Origin: Thermoanaerobacterales bacterium
GTDB lineage: Bacteria; Bacillota; Thermoanaerobacteria; Thermoanaerobacterales; UBA4877
DNA: 64,000 bases
Direction: 5' to 3'
Assembly (NCBI GenBank): GCA_036752905.1
Contig: DAIORT010000007.1
Span: forward strand, 27,105 to 91,104
Position numbers and translations under genes: made by a program. Position 1 is the first letter of the stretch. Each line of letters opens with the position of its first letter. Below the pieces are notes generated by a model. That model worked only from the letters and a program-made list of their open reading frames with translations, ran no database searches and was not told the DNA's origin. Of the stretch, positions 10,351-18,950 are shown piece by piece.

Positions 10351-10641
10351 TTACCCCCTATATGTTTTGAGAAATTCCTCCAACTTTTCTTTTATTTCAT
10401 TTTTATTGACGAAATTATTAATAACAACCACAGGTGTTTTAGTTTTTCCTTTAAGGTTTTCCGCTAGCTCATTTGACGTAAAAATGACATCGCAATCAAC
10501 ACTTGAAGCCGATGTTATATCTCCTGTAAAAACATTTGCTTGAATACCCATTTCTTTTAAAATAGATTGTATTTTTATTCTGAGCAAAGTCGATGAGCCA
10601 ACTCCAAACCCGCAGACTGCCTGAATAGAAAGTTCATCCAT
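10351..10641 (-). CDS. PTS EIIB component (SgaB/lactose-type)
   Basis: MDELSIQAVCGFGVGSSTLL carries the phospho-Cys loop. Start ATG 10641 has GGAGGTG 8 nt upstream. Confidence 0.8.
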   Translation of the reverse strand: MDELSIQAVCGFGVGSSTLLRIKIQSILKEMGIQANVFTGDITSASSVDCDVIFTSNELAENLKGKTKTPVVVINNFVNKNEIKEKLEEFLKTYRG

Positions 10642-10657
10642 ATACAGTGCACCTCCA

Positions 10658-12790
10658 TTATTCATTTATGCTATCGAAATCTAAAATCATATTTTGTACC
10701 TCACTTACTTCCTTAGCATTTCTGATTTGCTTTACCATTTCATCATTCCCCAGCATCCCAACCAACTCCGTTAAGGCTTTTATATGGGTTGTGTGGTCAA
10801 TTGCGCAAAGACATACCACAATATCGACAGGGTCGTTTTCCTTATTCCCGAATTTAACAGGCTCGGATAGGGTTATAAGGCTCATACCTATCTTTTTTAC
10901 TCCTGATTCCGGCCGGGCATGAGGCATCGCTATTCCGGGAGCAATTACAATATATGGACCTATCTCTTTTACACTGTTGATCATTGCATCAACATACCTA
11001 TGTTCTATACATCCCTCCTTTTCTAAAAGGGCTCCCCCTGCGGACACTGCCTCTTCCCAAGTCTTTGCCTCGACATTGAGCTTAATGGTTTTTTGATTGA
11101 GCAATTCTTTTAGCACCGGTTGCTTTACCCCTTTCCTGTCCCCAATATTTTTTACGTTAAGAGTTCTTGATAGTTCTTTGGCCAGGCCATCATAATCCAT
11201 GATCATGCAGTGTCTTTTCACCGCACCCAAAATTTCATCCATAATAACGGTAGACCCTGTTCTTCCATGCTTTTTTATATACCTGTTTAACTTCAGTATG
11301 TCCTTTTCAGTAAGAAGTGGATTGACTTCAACACATGTCACACTATCTTCTTCCATGGGTACCGAGCTTATAATAAGGTCTATCTTATCTCCTTTGAGTG
11401 CCTTTTTTACCTGATGCCTTGCGACGGTTCCCACAATATTCACATTAAAAACAGACTGTATCCTTGATGAAAGCATTTCAGCAGTACCCATACCTGTGGC
11501 ACATACTACAAGTACATTCATCTTGGTGGTACTCGCATTCTTTATCCTTTCGATTGCCGCACCGAAATGCATGGCAAAATAGCCTACCTCCTCGTCGCTA
11601 ATCCTTTTGCCCGTAAAGTCTTCCACCGGCTTAAGACCTATCTTTACTGCTTTAAACAGTTCATTAAATCTTGACCTTATCTCATCCAAAATCGGGTTTT
11701 TAAGTGTAAGATCATGGTTCAACCTATATATTGTAGGTTTTAAATGTTCAAGTAGACCATTATAAAGCTGTCTGTCGCCTGTGAGATCTTCGCCTACTAT
11801 AGTACTGACCCTTTGTATCACATTATTAGCCAATATTTGAAGCTCCACCCAATTCTCACTCTCAGTCACTTTAGATGATGCACGGTTGCTTCCAAGTAGA
11901 TGAATCGTGATATATCCTATTTCATCTGTAGAAATCGTTATATTGAAACGTTGTTCAAGCATACGCGTAATATTAGATGCCACGGCAAATTCCTTTGTTA
12001 ATTCAAGAGATTTTAGCTCATCTTTGTTCATCGTTATCTCTTTTTTCGCTTTAATCCTTTTAATAGCTAAAGCTATGTGAATGGCCAGGCCTACAAATGC
12101 CTCATCAGAAAATATCGTATCCAGTTCCCTTTCTGCAACATTTATACATTCTTCAATATATTGGATGTCTATATCATCAAAAAATGATTTCAATGAACTG
12201 CTTGATTTAGTGTTTCTTATAGGTTTTGTTTTAAGTTCAGAAAGCGATTTTATCATGCCATTATTCTCGGTTAAGAGCTTAATCTGTGCACGCCGTAAAT
12301 TTTTTTCCTCTCCGGTTATCTTTATTCCGTGTTTTGGAACGGATTTGATAGACAGATCATATTCCTCAAGCCACTTCTTTACTCTTTTCAAATCCTTAAT
12401 AATTGTATTACGGCTTACACACAGCTCATCTGCTATACTGATTATTGTTATATAGTCTTGCTGGCTTATAAGCTCGTTTAATATTAGGCTTGCTCTATCC
12501 TCTTTAGAAAGTACGATGTAGTATGTATTAAGATTCGTTATAAAATCTATTACTCTGCGTTTTTCAGCTGAATCCTTCATAAACATAATTCCGCAGTTAG
12601 GCTTCCGGATAAGAAGTTTAAAGCCATTATCACGCAAAAATTCATCTATTATATCCAGATCATACCGTATCGTCCTGTTACTTACCTTATATCTCTCACC
12701 CAAGCTGTTTATTGTAACAGGTTTATTTAAATTGAGTAAATACAAAAGAACTTGAACACATCTGCTGTTTAGGGTTCCTATGTTCATCAC
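10658..12790 (-). CDS. PRD-domain transcriptional regulator (MtlR/LicR-type: HTH, 2x PRD, EIIB-like and EIIA-Mtl/Fru-like domains)
   Basis: The N-terminal wHTH is LGERYKVSNRTIRYDLDIIDEF. PRD histidine blocks (GLAIHIALAIKR, GYFAMHFGAAIER) are present. There is an EIIB-like VLVVCATGMGTAEML segment and a C-terminal EIIA segment GIAMPHARPE. Confidence 0.85.
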   Translation of the reverse strand: MMNIGTLNSRCVQVLLYLLNLNKPVTINSLGERYKVSNRTIRYDLDIIDEFLRDNGFKLLIRKPNCGIMFMKDSAEKRRVIDFITNLNTYYIVLSKEDRASLILNELISQQDYITIISIADELCVSRNTIIKDLKRVKKWLEEYDLSIKSVPKHGIKITGEEKNLRRAQIKLLTENNGMIKSLSELKTKPIRNTKSSSSLKSFFDDIDIQYIEECINVAERELDTIFSDEAFVGLAIHIALAIKRIKAKKEITMNKDELKSLELTKEFAVASNITRMLEQRFNITISTDEIGYITIHLLGSNRASSKVTESENWVELQILANNVIQRVSTIVGEDLTGDRQLYNGLLEHLKPTIYRLNHDLTLKNPILDEIRSRFNELFKAVKIGLKPVEDFTGKRISDEEVGYFAMHFGAAIERIKNASTTKMNVLVVCATGMGTAEMLSSRIQSVFNVNIVGTVARHQVKKALKGDKIDLIISSVPMEEDSVTCVEVNPLLTEKDILKLNRYIKKHGRTGSTVIMDEILGAVKRHCMIMDYDGLAKELSRTLNVKNIGDRKGVKQPVLKELLNQKTIKLNVEAKTWEEAVSAGGALLEKEGCIEHRYVDAMINSVKEIGPYIVIAPGIAMPHARPESGVKKIGMSLITLSEPVKFGNKENDPVDIVVCLCAIDHTTHIKALTELVGMLGNDEMVKQIRNAKEVSEVQNMILDFDSINE

Positions 12791-12897
12791 TTCCTTTGTT
12801 TAATTAAATTATACAGGCTGCAAGTAGTTCTGAAAAGTCAATAATATTTCAAAGCAATTGTGGCAAAAGTGAATTATATATCCGATATTCATGAAAG

Positions 12898-13134
12898 TTG
12901 GATTGGATGTGTAAATGCAGGCACTCTGCCTCGAATAGTTATGGAAAACCTATTTGGGTAGAAGATGATGAGAAGAATAACCCAGGTGATTTATGTTTAC
13001 ATGGCCATGTGATTATCGAAATAGGAGAGAAATTTTTGATTACCAGTAGAAGGGAAGGACATTGTTTAGCGGACATAAGTATAGACGGACTGCAGTCATG
13101 TACCGTATTCCAAATTTCAGATCAAAAAAGTTGA
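12898..13134 (+). CDS. Hypothetical small ORF (doubtful)
   Basis: The track ORF is 78 aa with a TTG start, no obvious RBS and no recognisable motif. It may be a gene remnant. Confidence 0.2.
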   Translation: MDWMCKCRHSASNSYGKPIWVEDDEKNNPGDLCLHGHVIIEIGEKFLITSRREGHCLADISIDGLQSCTVFQISDQKS

Positions 13135-13192
13135 ACACCCGACTGAAGCATGTTAAAATTAAAGAAATTTAAAACAGATGGAGGAAACACGT

Positions 13193-13924
13193 ATGCAAAT
13201 CGATAAGGTGAAGCGAATATTGACGACGCCGGTCAGCGATGAATTCGCGATGAGCACACCGGAGTTCCGAAACAGGGAATATATCAATATCACCTATAAA
13301 ACGGATTTCGACAAATTGAGAGAGCTTGTTCCGGAGCCGCTGGAGATCGACGAGCCTCTCGTGAAGTTTGAACTGATCAAAATGCCGGACTCGACGGGCC
13401 TGGGGGATTATCTGGAGAGCGGGCAGGTTATACCGGTTTCCTATAACGGCGTGCCCGGAGAGTTCTCCCTCGGGATGTATCTCAACAATTTCCCGGCTAT
13501 CGTGACAGGGCGAGAGTTCTCGACCTATCCAAAAAAATATGGCAATCCGTCGCTCTATGTGGATTCAGACACACTCGTCGGAAAGCTGTCCTACGGAACG
13601 CTGGACGTCGCCATCGCAACCATGCGCTATAAGTACAACAAAATTACACCGGAAGAGGCAGGAAAGATTATCGGCACGCCGCAGTACATGCTCAAAATCA
13701 TCCGCGATACCGATATGAAGTTGCTCGCTTGCAAGATGACGGTCTCCACGATCACCAAGTACGAAATTCTGGAGGCTTGGAGATCCCCGGCTAGGCTCCA
13801 GCTTTTTGAACATGTAAACGCACCGCTCGCAGACCTGCCGGTTAAACAGGTCGTGGACGCCACTCACATCATCGCGAACCTCATGCTCGGACGCCCGTCG
13901 GTCGTATACGATTATCTGAAATAA
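13193..13924 (+). CDS. adc: Acetoacetate decarboxylase
   Basis: The protein is near-colinear with my memory of Clostridium acetobutylicum Adc. Shared blocks are NREYxNIxYxTD, VPEPLEIDEPLV.FE, GQxIPVSxNGV, YLxNxPAIxxGRExSxYPKK, LxVDSDTLVG, YMLKII, RLQLFxHxxAPLxDLPVK and VxYDYLK. Start ATG 13193 has GGAGGA 7 nt upstream. Confidence 0.9.
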   Translation: MQIDKVKRILTTPVSDEFAMSTPEFRNREYINITYKTDFDKLRELVPEPLEIDEPLVKFELIKMPDSTGLGDYLESGQVIPVSYNGVPGEFSLGMYLNNFPAIVTGREFSTYPKKYGNPSLYVDSDTLVGKLSYGTLDVAIATMRYKYNKITPEEAGKIIGTPQYMLKIIRDTDMKLLACKMTVSTITKYEILEAWRSPARLQLFEHVNAPLADLPVKQVVDATHIIANLMLGRPSVVYDYLK

Positions 13925-14109
13925 CTGAGAATTTACCTCACCTCACGTAAAAAATACGTCCTGACGAACTTCGTCGAAGCCACGTCAGGGCGCATCAAAA
14001 CTAAGCGTCCCGTCTTTCTCCAGCATGTAATCACCGATGCTGCAGGTAAGCGAGGCGCTCCATTATACCTTTCGGGCTGGTTGAGAATCTCGGAAATGGC
14101 GGGTTTTAT

Positions 14110-14604
14110 TTATTCCTTAATATTCTTGATGTCTTCATCTGTCAGATTCTCTTCATGTTGTATTTGTTTTATCTCATCTTCCTTTTGAGATATCTTTACT
14201 TCCATCTCATCTATTTCTTTTATAATGTCAATAATCTTAGAGGAATTTGATTCGTCCTCGAAGTCCGACCTATATACCAGCAGAAATACTTCGCCTAATT
14301 CGGTTATCTTTGTCTTCCTTTGTCCAGACAGATTTACAATATCTGTTTTAATTGCAGCTATCTTAGCAATTTTACTGGTTTTCTTACCGAGCCTTTTGGC
14401 AAAACCTGCGATGGTACTGCCTGCAGACTTTGCCGCGGATCCGATATTGTCTCCTGTTTTTTTCATCGAAGAATCTTCATCATTGATTGCATCCTTTGCC
14501 TTATCAGAAGCATTATCAATACCGCTTTTGATATCCTTCAATTTAGACTTTGCAAAGTTCACAATGTCATCCGCTTTGCCCTCATTTTTCTTATCGTCAC
14601 CCAT
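14110..14604 (-). CDS. Hypothetical charged/coiled-coil protein
   Basis: The ORF is 164 aa with a good RBS (GGAGGCGA). It is K/D/E-rich with a C-terminal heptad-like segment. I recognise no family. Confidence 0.5.
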   Translation of the reverse strand: MGDDKKNEGKADDIVNFAKSKLKDIKSGIDNASDKAKDAINDEDSSMKKTGDNIGSAAKSAGSTIAGFAKRLGKKTSKIAKIAAIKTDIVNLSGQRKTKITELGEVFLLVYRSDFEDESNSSKIIDIIKEIDEMEVKISQKEDEIKQIQHEENLTDEDIKNIKE

Positions 14605-14696
14605 AGTATCGCCTCCTTTTTGGTATTATATCATCATCTCTATAATTATCATAATAAAGTAATCTATGGGTTTATTAGAAGACATTAAAAGTATTG

Positions 14697-15341
14697 TTAA
14701 GTTCTTATAATATTTTTCTTAAGACTCTCAACTGCGTTATAAAACTGTGGAACCATTGTTATGGCAAGACAGATTGCTACTTCTGAACCAACCACTAGCA
14801 AATTAACCGCAAGAGAATAGATTATCGTATTCATACCCGTGGGCGCATACGATCCAAAGAAAATAACTCCGGACAAAAATTGGAAGAAAAATCTGCCGCA
14901 ACCTCCTACTACAATACCCAGTCTGAAATTTTTGGAAAAGAAACCAGCCAGGCCGATAGCCGCAAAAGGCAGCGGATAATCTAACAGCACCTGTGCCCAA
15001 TGTATTATAAATGGATCCTGAATAAGCTGCAGTATCCCGTATGCCGCACCCGCCGTGATTCCGGCAACGGGGCCGAAATAGTAGGCATAAATAAACATTG
15101 GGAGCATACTCCCCGGGGTTATGGAACCGCCCTGCGGCCAATGGAAAAAACGGATATACGATAGCAGAAATGATATTGCTATACAAATCCCACCATACAC
15201 AACGGACTGCGTATCAAACTTAAATTTGTTCTTTCCATAGTGTAGCGCTAAAGATGCAATCACCACCACGGCTAATACCGCGACAGTAATCGAGTGTATC
15301 TCGGTAAAATCACCAAACACGTTAGTTAAATAATTTAACAT
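14697..15341 (-). CDS. thiT: Thiamine transporter ThiT (ECF S-component)
   Basis: The six-TM protein has WPQGGSITPGSMLPMF and YGILQL blocks typical of ThiT. It lies directly downstream of a TPP riboswitch. Start ATG 15341 follows AGGAGG. The track start at 15419 would run through the riboswitch terminator. Confidence 0.8.
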   Translation of the reverse strand: MLNYLTNVFGDFTEIHSITVAVLAVVVIASLALHYGKNKFKFDTQSVVYGGICIAISFLLSYIRFFHWPQGGSITPGSMLPMFIYAYYFGPVAGITAGAAYGILQLIQDPFIIHWAQVLLDYPLPFAAIGLAGFFSKNFRLGIVVGGCGRFFFQFLSGVIFFGSYAPTGMNTIIYSLAVNLLVVGSEVAICLAITMVPQFYNAVESLKKNIIRT

Positions 15342-15375
15342 AAAAAGCCTCCTATAATAATGGAGCCGTGCCGCC

Positions 15376-15407
15376 ATATAAAAAGCCGCAACCATGTAGG
15401 TTGCGGC
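15376..15407 (-). terminator. Riboswitch expression-platform terminator
   Basis: On the minus strand GCCGCAACCtacatGGTTGCGGC is followed by TTTTTATAT. Confidence 0.65.
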
Positions 15408-15411
15408 GGAA

Positions 15412-15500
15412 ACCCGCATTCCCTACGCCAGTATTAACTGAACAGGTTCAAGGGGTCCACAGTATTCTGCGGTCTCAGCTTTTAGCTCCCCCAGCGGACA
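15412..15500 (-). promoter_or_regulatory. TPP (THI-box) riboswitch
   Basis: The minus strand reads CTGGGGGAGCTAAAAGCTGAGACCGCAGAATACTGTGGACCCCTTGAACCTGTTCAGTTAATACTGGCGTAGGGAA. It contains the conserved CUGAGA, ACCUGA-type and GCGUAGGGAA cores. Confidence 0.9.
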
Positions 15501-15732
15501 CAGTCTCTTAAATTGTACATATACATTATATACCAAACACATAGGTCATTCAACTAAGGATTTTGTTTTTGAAGCACAGATATCTCCTTTTGCTCTATTG
15601 TGGCCTTTTTTGTCCCTTCTGTCAAATAATGGTGCAAGCTGATATCCTCGCATGCCGCCACATAATCCGATAAACTTGCGCTACCAGACCCCAGCGGTAC
15701 TAACCTCGGCAATAGCCATTGCCCATCACCTC

Positions 15733-16923
15733 TTAGGAATCTTTAAATGTTCCAAATACCTTAAGATCCTTATCACGCATCATAACCTGTCCTTTCGCTA
15801 TGACTGAATCAATTGATAAGTCCTGTTCATTTAGCAATACTATATCGGCATCCAAACCCTTTTCTATCCTTCCTTTATTCTTTAGCTTCAGCATATCGGC
15901 AGGATTTGAGGTTATTACCTTTATGGCCGTCTCCAGCGGCACGCCGTCCGTTAAAACGGCATCCTTCACTTCTCCATACAACGATTTAGCTTTTCCCATC
16001 TTTAATCCTATAGTCTCTTTCTTCTCATTGAATATCGGCATACTTCCCTGACCGTCTGAGGAAAATGTGATTCTACTCTCATCTACGCCTTGATCTAAAC
16101 ATATTTTTAGAGCCTTGCTGCACTTCGTCTCTCCTTCTTCCCAAAACACTGGGTCGGAGCTTGTGGTAAAGTCTATATGTCCGCCTTCTTTAGCATATTT
16201 TATTGCTTCTTTAAAAAGGTAGGGATTTCTGTTTGTGTGGGTAGGCAGTAACTGTGTGAATGGCACCTCTGTCTCTTTAACAACCTTCCAGATAAGGTCA
16301 AGCATCCCTTTGCCGTCCCCTACATGAACATTCACAATGCCTGCTTTACCCGAAAGCATGCCCGCTACCCGTGCATCTGCCGCTAATCTTTTGAATTCAT
16401 CAACTGTAGGCTGGGAGGAGCGGTGATCGGAAATAGCGATCTCGCCTATCCCTATGACCTTGTCAATGGCTATGATATCTTTCATAGCCTCTCCCGTAAT
16501 CGTAACCACGGGAACATGATAGGAGCCGGTATATATGTAGCTTGTTATTCCTTCCTCTTCAAGCCCCCTGGCCTTAGCTAATAGAGACAGTACGTCCCTG
16601 GCTATGCCATCCGTTCCCAGGCATCCTACCACCGTAGTGACACCCGCAATGATGAGATCTTCTAATTTCACTTCCGGGGTCCTCGTTTTAAAACCGCCTT
16701 CACCGCCACCGCCCAGAATGTGCTCATGGGAATCTATAAAACCGGGAGTCAAGACCTTGTTCGCACCATCTATGATCTCGGTATCTATACAGCCTAAGCC
16801 CTCAAGCGAAAGGTCATCGCCTATGGCTCCAATTTTATCGCCGATTATCATTACATCTTTTTTACCTATATACTGCGGACTGTATACATTGGCATCCTTT
16901 ATCAATTTTATCATATCATTCAC
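15733..16923 (-). CDS. iadA: Isoaspartyl dipeptidase (beta-aspartyl peptidase)
   Basis: GFIDSHEHILGGGGEGGFKTRTPE and the downstream amidohydrolase blocks are characteristic of IadA. Confidence 0.85.
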   Translation of the reverse strand: MNDMIKLIKDANVYSPQYIGKKDVMIIGDKIGAIGDDLSLEGLGCIDTEIIDGANKVLTPGFIDSHEHILGGGGEGGFKTRTPEVKLEDLIIAGVTTVVGCLGTDGIARDVLSLLAKARGLEEEGITSYIYTGSYHVPVVTITGEAMKDIIAIDKVIGIGEIAISDHRSSQPTVDEFKRLAADARVAGMLSGKAGIVNVHVGDGKGMLDLIWKVVKETEVPFTQLLPTHTNRNPYLFKEAIKYAKEGGHIDFTTSSDPVFWEEGETKCSKALKICLDQGVDESRITFSSDGQGSMPIFNEKKETIGLKMGKAKSLYGEVKDAVLTDGVPLETAIKVITSNPADMLKLKNKGRIEKGLDADIVLLNEQDLSIDSVIAKGQVMMRDKDLKVFGTFKDS

Positions 16924-16960
16924 TCCGTCTTCTTTATAGTCTTACTCACTACATAATTAT

Positions 16961-18700
16961 TTAAGCAAAACCTATCATTGTTGCAATGATAATAAATGCA
17001 GTGCCCATTATCAAGAAAAATCCCTGCATCTTAACATGCCATTTTGCCCACTTAAGCCAATCTATCCTGGCAACTGCAAGAACACCTATAAGGCTGGCCG
17101 ATGTGGGGGATATGGCGTCTATAAAACCGGAACCAAGCTGGTACGCAAGGCAGGCTATCTGCCGTGATACGCCAACAATATCCGCAAGCGGTGCCATTAT
17201 AGGCATTGTCAGCGCGGCCTGGCCAGAATTAGATGTAACAAAGAAATCAAAAATACTTTGGAAATAATACATAAATACGCCTGTTACCATTGAAGGCAAT
17301 CCTTTAAGTGCTTGCCCAAAACCATGAAGCACGGTATTTAAAACCGTAGGCGTCGTAGGATCGGAACCACCGAGAACAAGGAGAATTCCCTTTGCCATAC
17401 CTACCACAATAGCCGTGGGTGCCAAATCAGCTGCACCCTTGCCAAATGATTCCGCTATATCATTCCACGTCATATCATTGAGCTTAAAGATCGCACCTAT
17501 AATTCCCGAAACAAGACCCATTACAAAAAACTGAGATGCTATCTCAGGAATATAATACTGCCGCGCAACCACTCCCCAAATAATCCATATAACACCCAGA
17601 AGCATGGTCAGGAGTATCAACACATGCCCTATACTCAACTTGCCGCTGGCATCACTATCATTTGCTTCCATAGATTCGATAAAATGCTTGTCCTCTTCAT
17701 GAGTAACAGATTTCTCCGGATTTTGCTTTATCTTTTTAGCATAAAAATAAACATAAGCTGCACTTGCTCCGGTGATCACGACCCACATAATCAGCCTGAA
17801 CTTTGCCCCGGATAATACCGGTATGCCGGCTATACCTTGAGCTATAGCTATCCCAAAAGGATTCATCCAAGAGCTGGCATTGCCAACCTGGGAAGCAACA
17901 AATGTCACGCATATGGCAGTTATTGAATCATACCCCAACGCAATTACAAAAGGAATCATTATCATAGCCAACGGTATGCATTCTTCTGACATGCCAAAAA
18001 CAGCTCCGCCCAAGGAAAATATAAAAAACAGTATGGGAATAGCCATTTCCTGGAAGCCGCCCATATGAGCTACAGCTGCATGAATCCCGGCATCTATGGC
18101 ACCGGTCTTCATTATTACTCCGAAGGCCCCTCCTACTACAAGAAGCAAAGCAACAATACCGACTGCGGCACCATACTTGTCACCTGTCACAAGGCCCTCA
18201 AACACATAGTTTAATACTCCGAATCCCCCGGTATCGTCGGTGCCCCATAACTTTGCATGTTTATAGACCTTATGGCTTGTGTCATATACAGATTCATTAA
18301 ATTGTTTATATATCACATCGTCGGTAAGACCAAGTGAATCCAGTTTTTCTTGATCCCAAGTCTTTGGATCGGTTTCTAGAAAACTACTAAGTTTATCTCC
18401 ATCAATCCCAAGCTCATCCATTTTTGCCTCATCACTACTTAGGCTTTTTAAATTTACCTGAAGTTTGTCCATATCAAGATCATATTTATACCTAAATGTC
18501 TCCGGCATAAGGACAGTCCTGGTATCTGTCTGCCCGTCCGCCTTCTTATACTCAATATCGTGAGTACTATAAAGCCCTGCGGGAACAACAAAAGTCATCA
18601 TCCAAAGTACAAACACTACAAAAAAAATAATTATGTATGTATGCGGTGTTTTGATTTTTGTCAGGTCCCTTTTACCCTGCGAACCATTATTTTTATTCAT
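16961..18700 (-). CDS. YfcC/DcuC-type (C4-dicarboxylate anaerobic carrier family) transporter
   Basis: The 579-aa protein is polytopic with a long extracytoplasmic loop after TM1. A YfcC-like gene is commonly paired with iadA. Confidence 0.75.
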   Translation of the reverse strand: MNKNNGSQGKRDLTKIKTPHTYIIIFFVVFVLWMMTFVVPAGLYSTHDIEYKKADGQTDTRTVLMPETFRYKYDLDMDKLQVNLKSLSSDEAKMDELGIDGDKLSSFLETDPKTWDQEKLDSLGLTDDVIYKQFNESVYDTSHKVYKHAKLWGTDDTGGFGVLNYVFEGLVTGDKYGAAVGIVALLLVVGGAFGVIMKTGAIDAGIHAAVAHMGGFQEMAIPILFFIFSLGGAVFGMSEECIPLAMIMIPFVIALGYDSITAICVTFVASQVGNASSWMNPFGIAIAQGIAGIPVLSGAKFRLIMWVVITGASAAYVYFYAKKIKQNPEKSVTHEEDKHFIESMEANDSDASGKLSIGHVLILLTMLLGVIWIIWGVVARQYYIPEIASQFFVMGLVSGIIGAIFKLNDMTWNDIAESFGKGAADLAPTAIVVGMAKGILLVLGGSDPTTPTVLNTVLHGFGQALKGLPSMVTGVFMYYFQSIFDFFVTSNSGQAALTMPIMAPLADIVGVSRQIACLAYQLGSGFIDAISPTSASLIGVLAVARIDWLKWAKWHVKMQGFFLIMGTAFIIIATMIGFA

Positions 18701-18889
18701 AAAAAACCTCCTATTTTATAGCGTGGTATATTTAAAAACTTGGTATGGAGAAAAACCATTTATTATTAAGATTCTCTAATATGAGTACCTTTTATCCATT
18801 ATTTTACCACAAAAAAATAATGAATAAAATAAGTTTATTATTTCAATCCAGTTTATATACAAACCCTTTTAATGTTTATTTATAATATA

Positions 18890-18923
18890 GAAAAATGCAG
18901 ACCTTTCAAAGGAAAGATCTGCA
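18890..18923 (-). terminator. Rho-independent terminator after the sigma-54 activator gene
   Basis: On the minus strand TGCAGATCTTTCCtttGAAAGGTCTGCA is followed by TTTTT. Confidence 0.65.
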
Positions 18924-18950
18924 TTATATAACAAAATTTTTCGGATCGTC

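Noticed and set aside
13944-13976. Hairpin CGTCCTGACG...CGTCAGGGCG after adc as a terminator
   Set aside because: The stem is plausible, but it is followed by CATCAAAACTAA with no U-tract. That is not convincing for an intrinsic terminator.
12898-14109. adc pocket as a mobile element
   Set aside because: No integrase, transposase, tRNA, or terminal inverted or direct repeats are visible. The evidence is only composition and gene-remnant hints, so I report it as a finding rather than a mobile_element feature.
15342-15419. N-terminal extension of ThiT (track start 15419)
   Set aside because: It would translate through the riboswitch terminator hairpin. ATG 15341, preceded by AGGAGG, gives a normal-length ThiT.
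18701-18950. A third sigma-54 promoter upstream of the YfcC-iadA genes, next to the activator gene
   Set aside because: No GCAA-N5-GTGCCA (minus-strand TGGCAC-N5-TTGC) is present in this interval. The activator gene also ends in its own terminator, so yfcC-iadA appear to be independently and conventionally transcribed.
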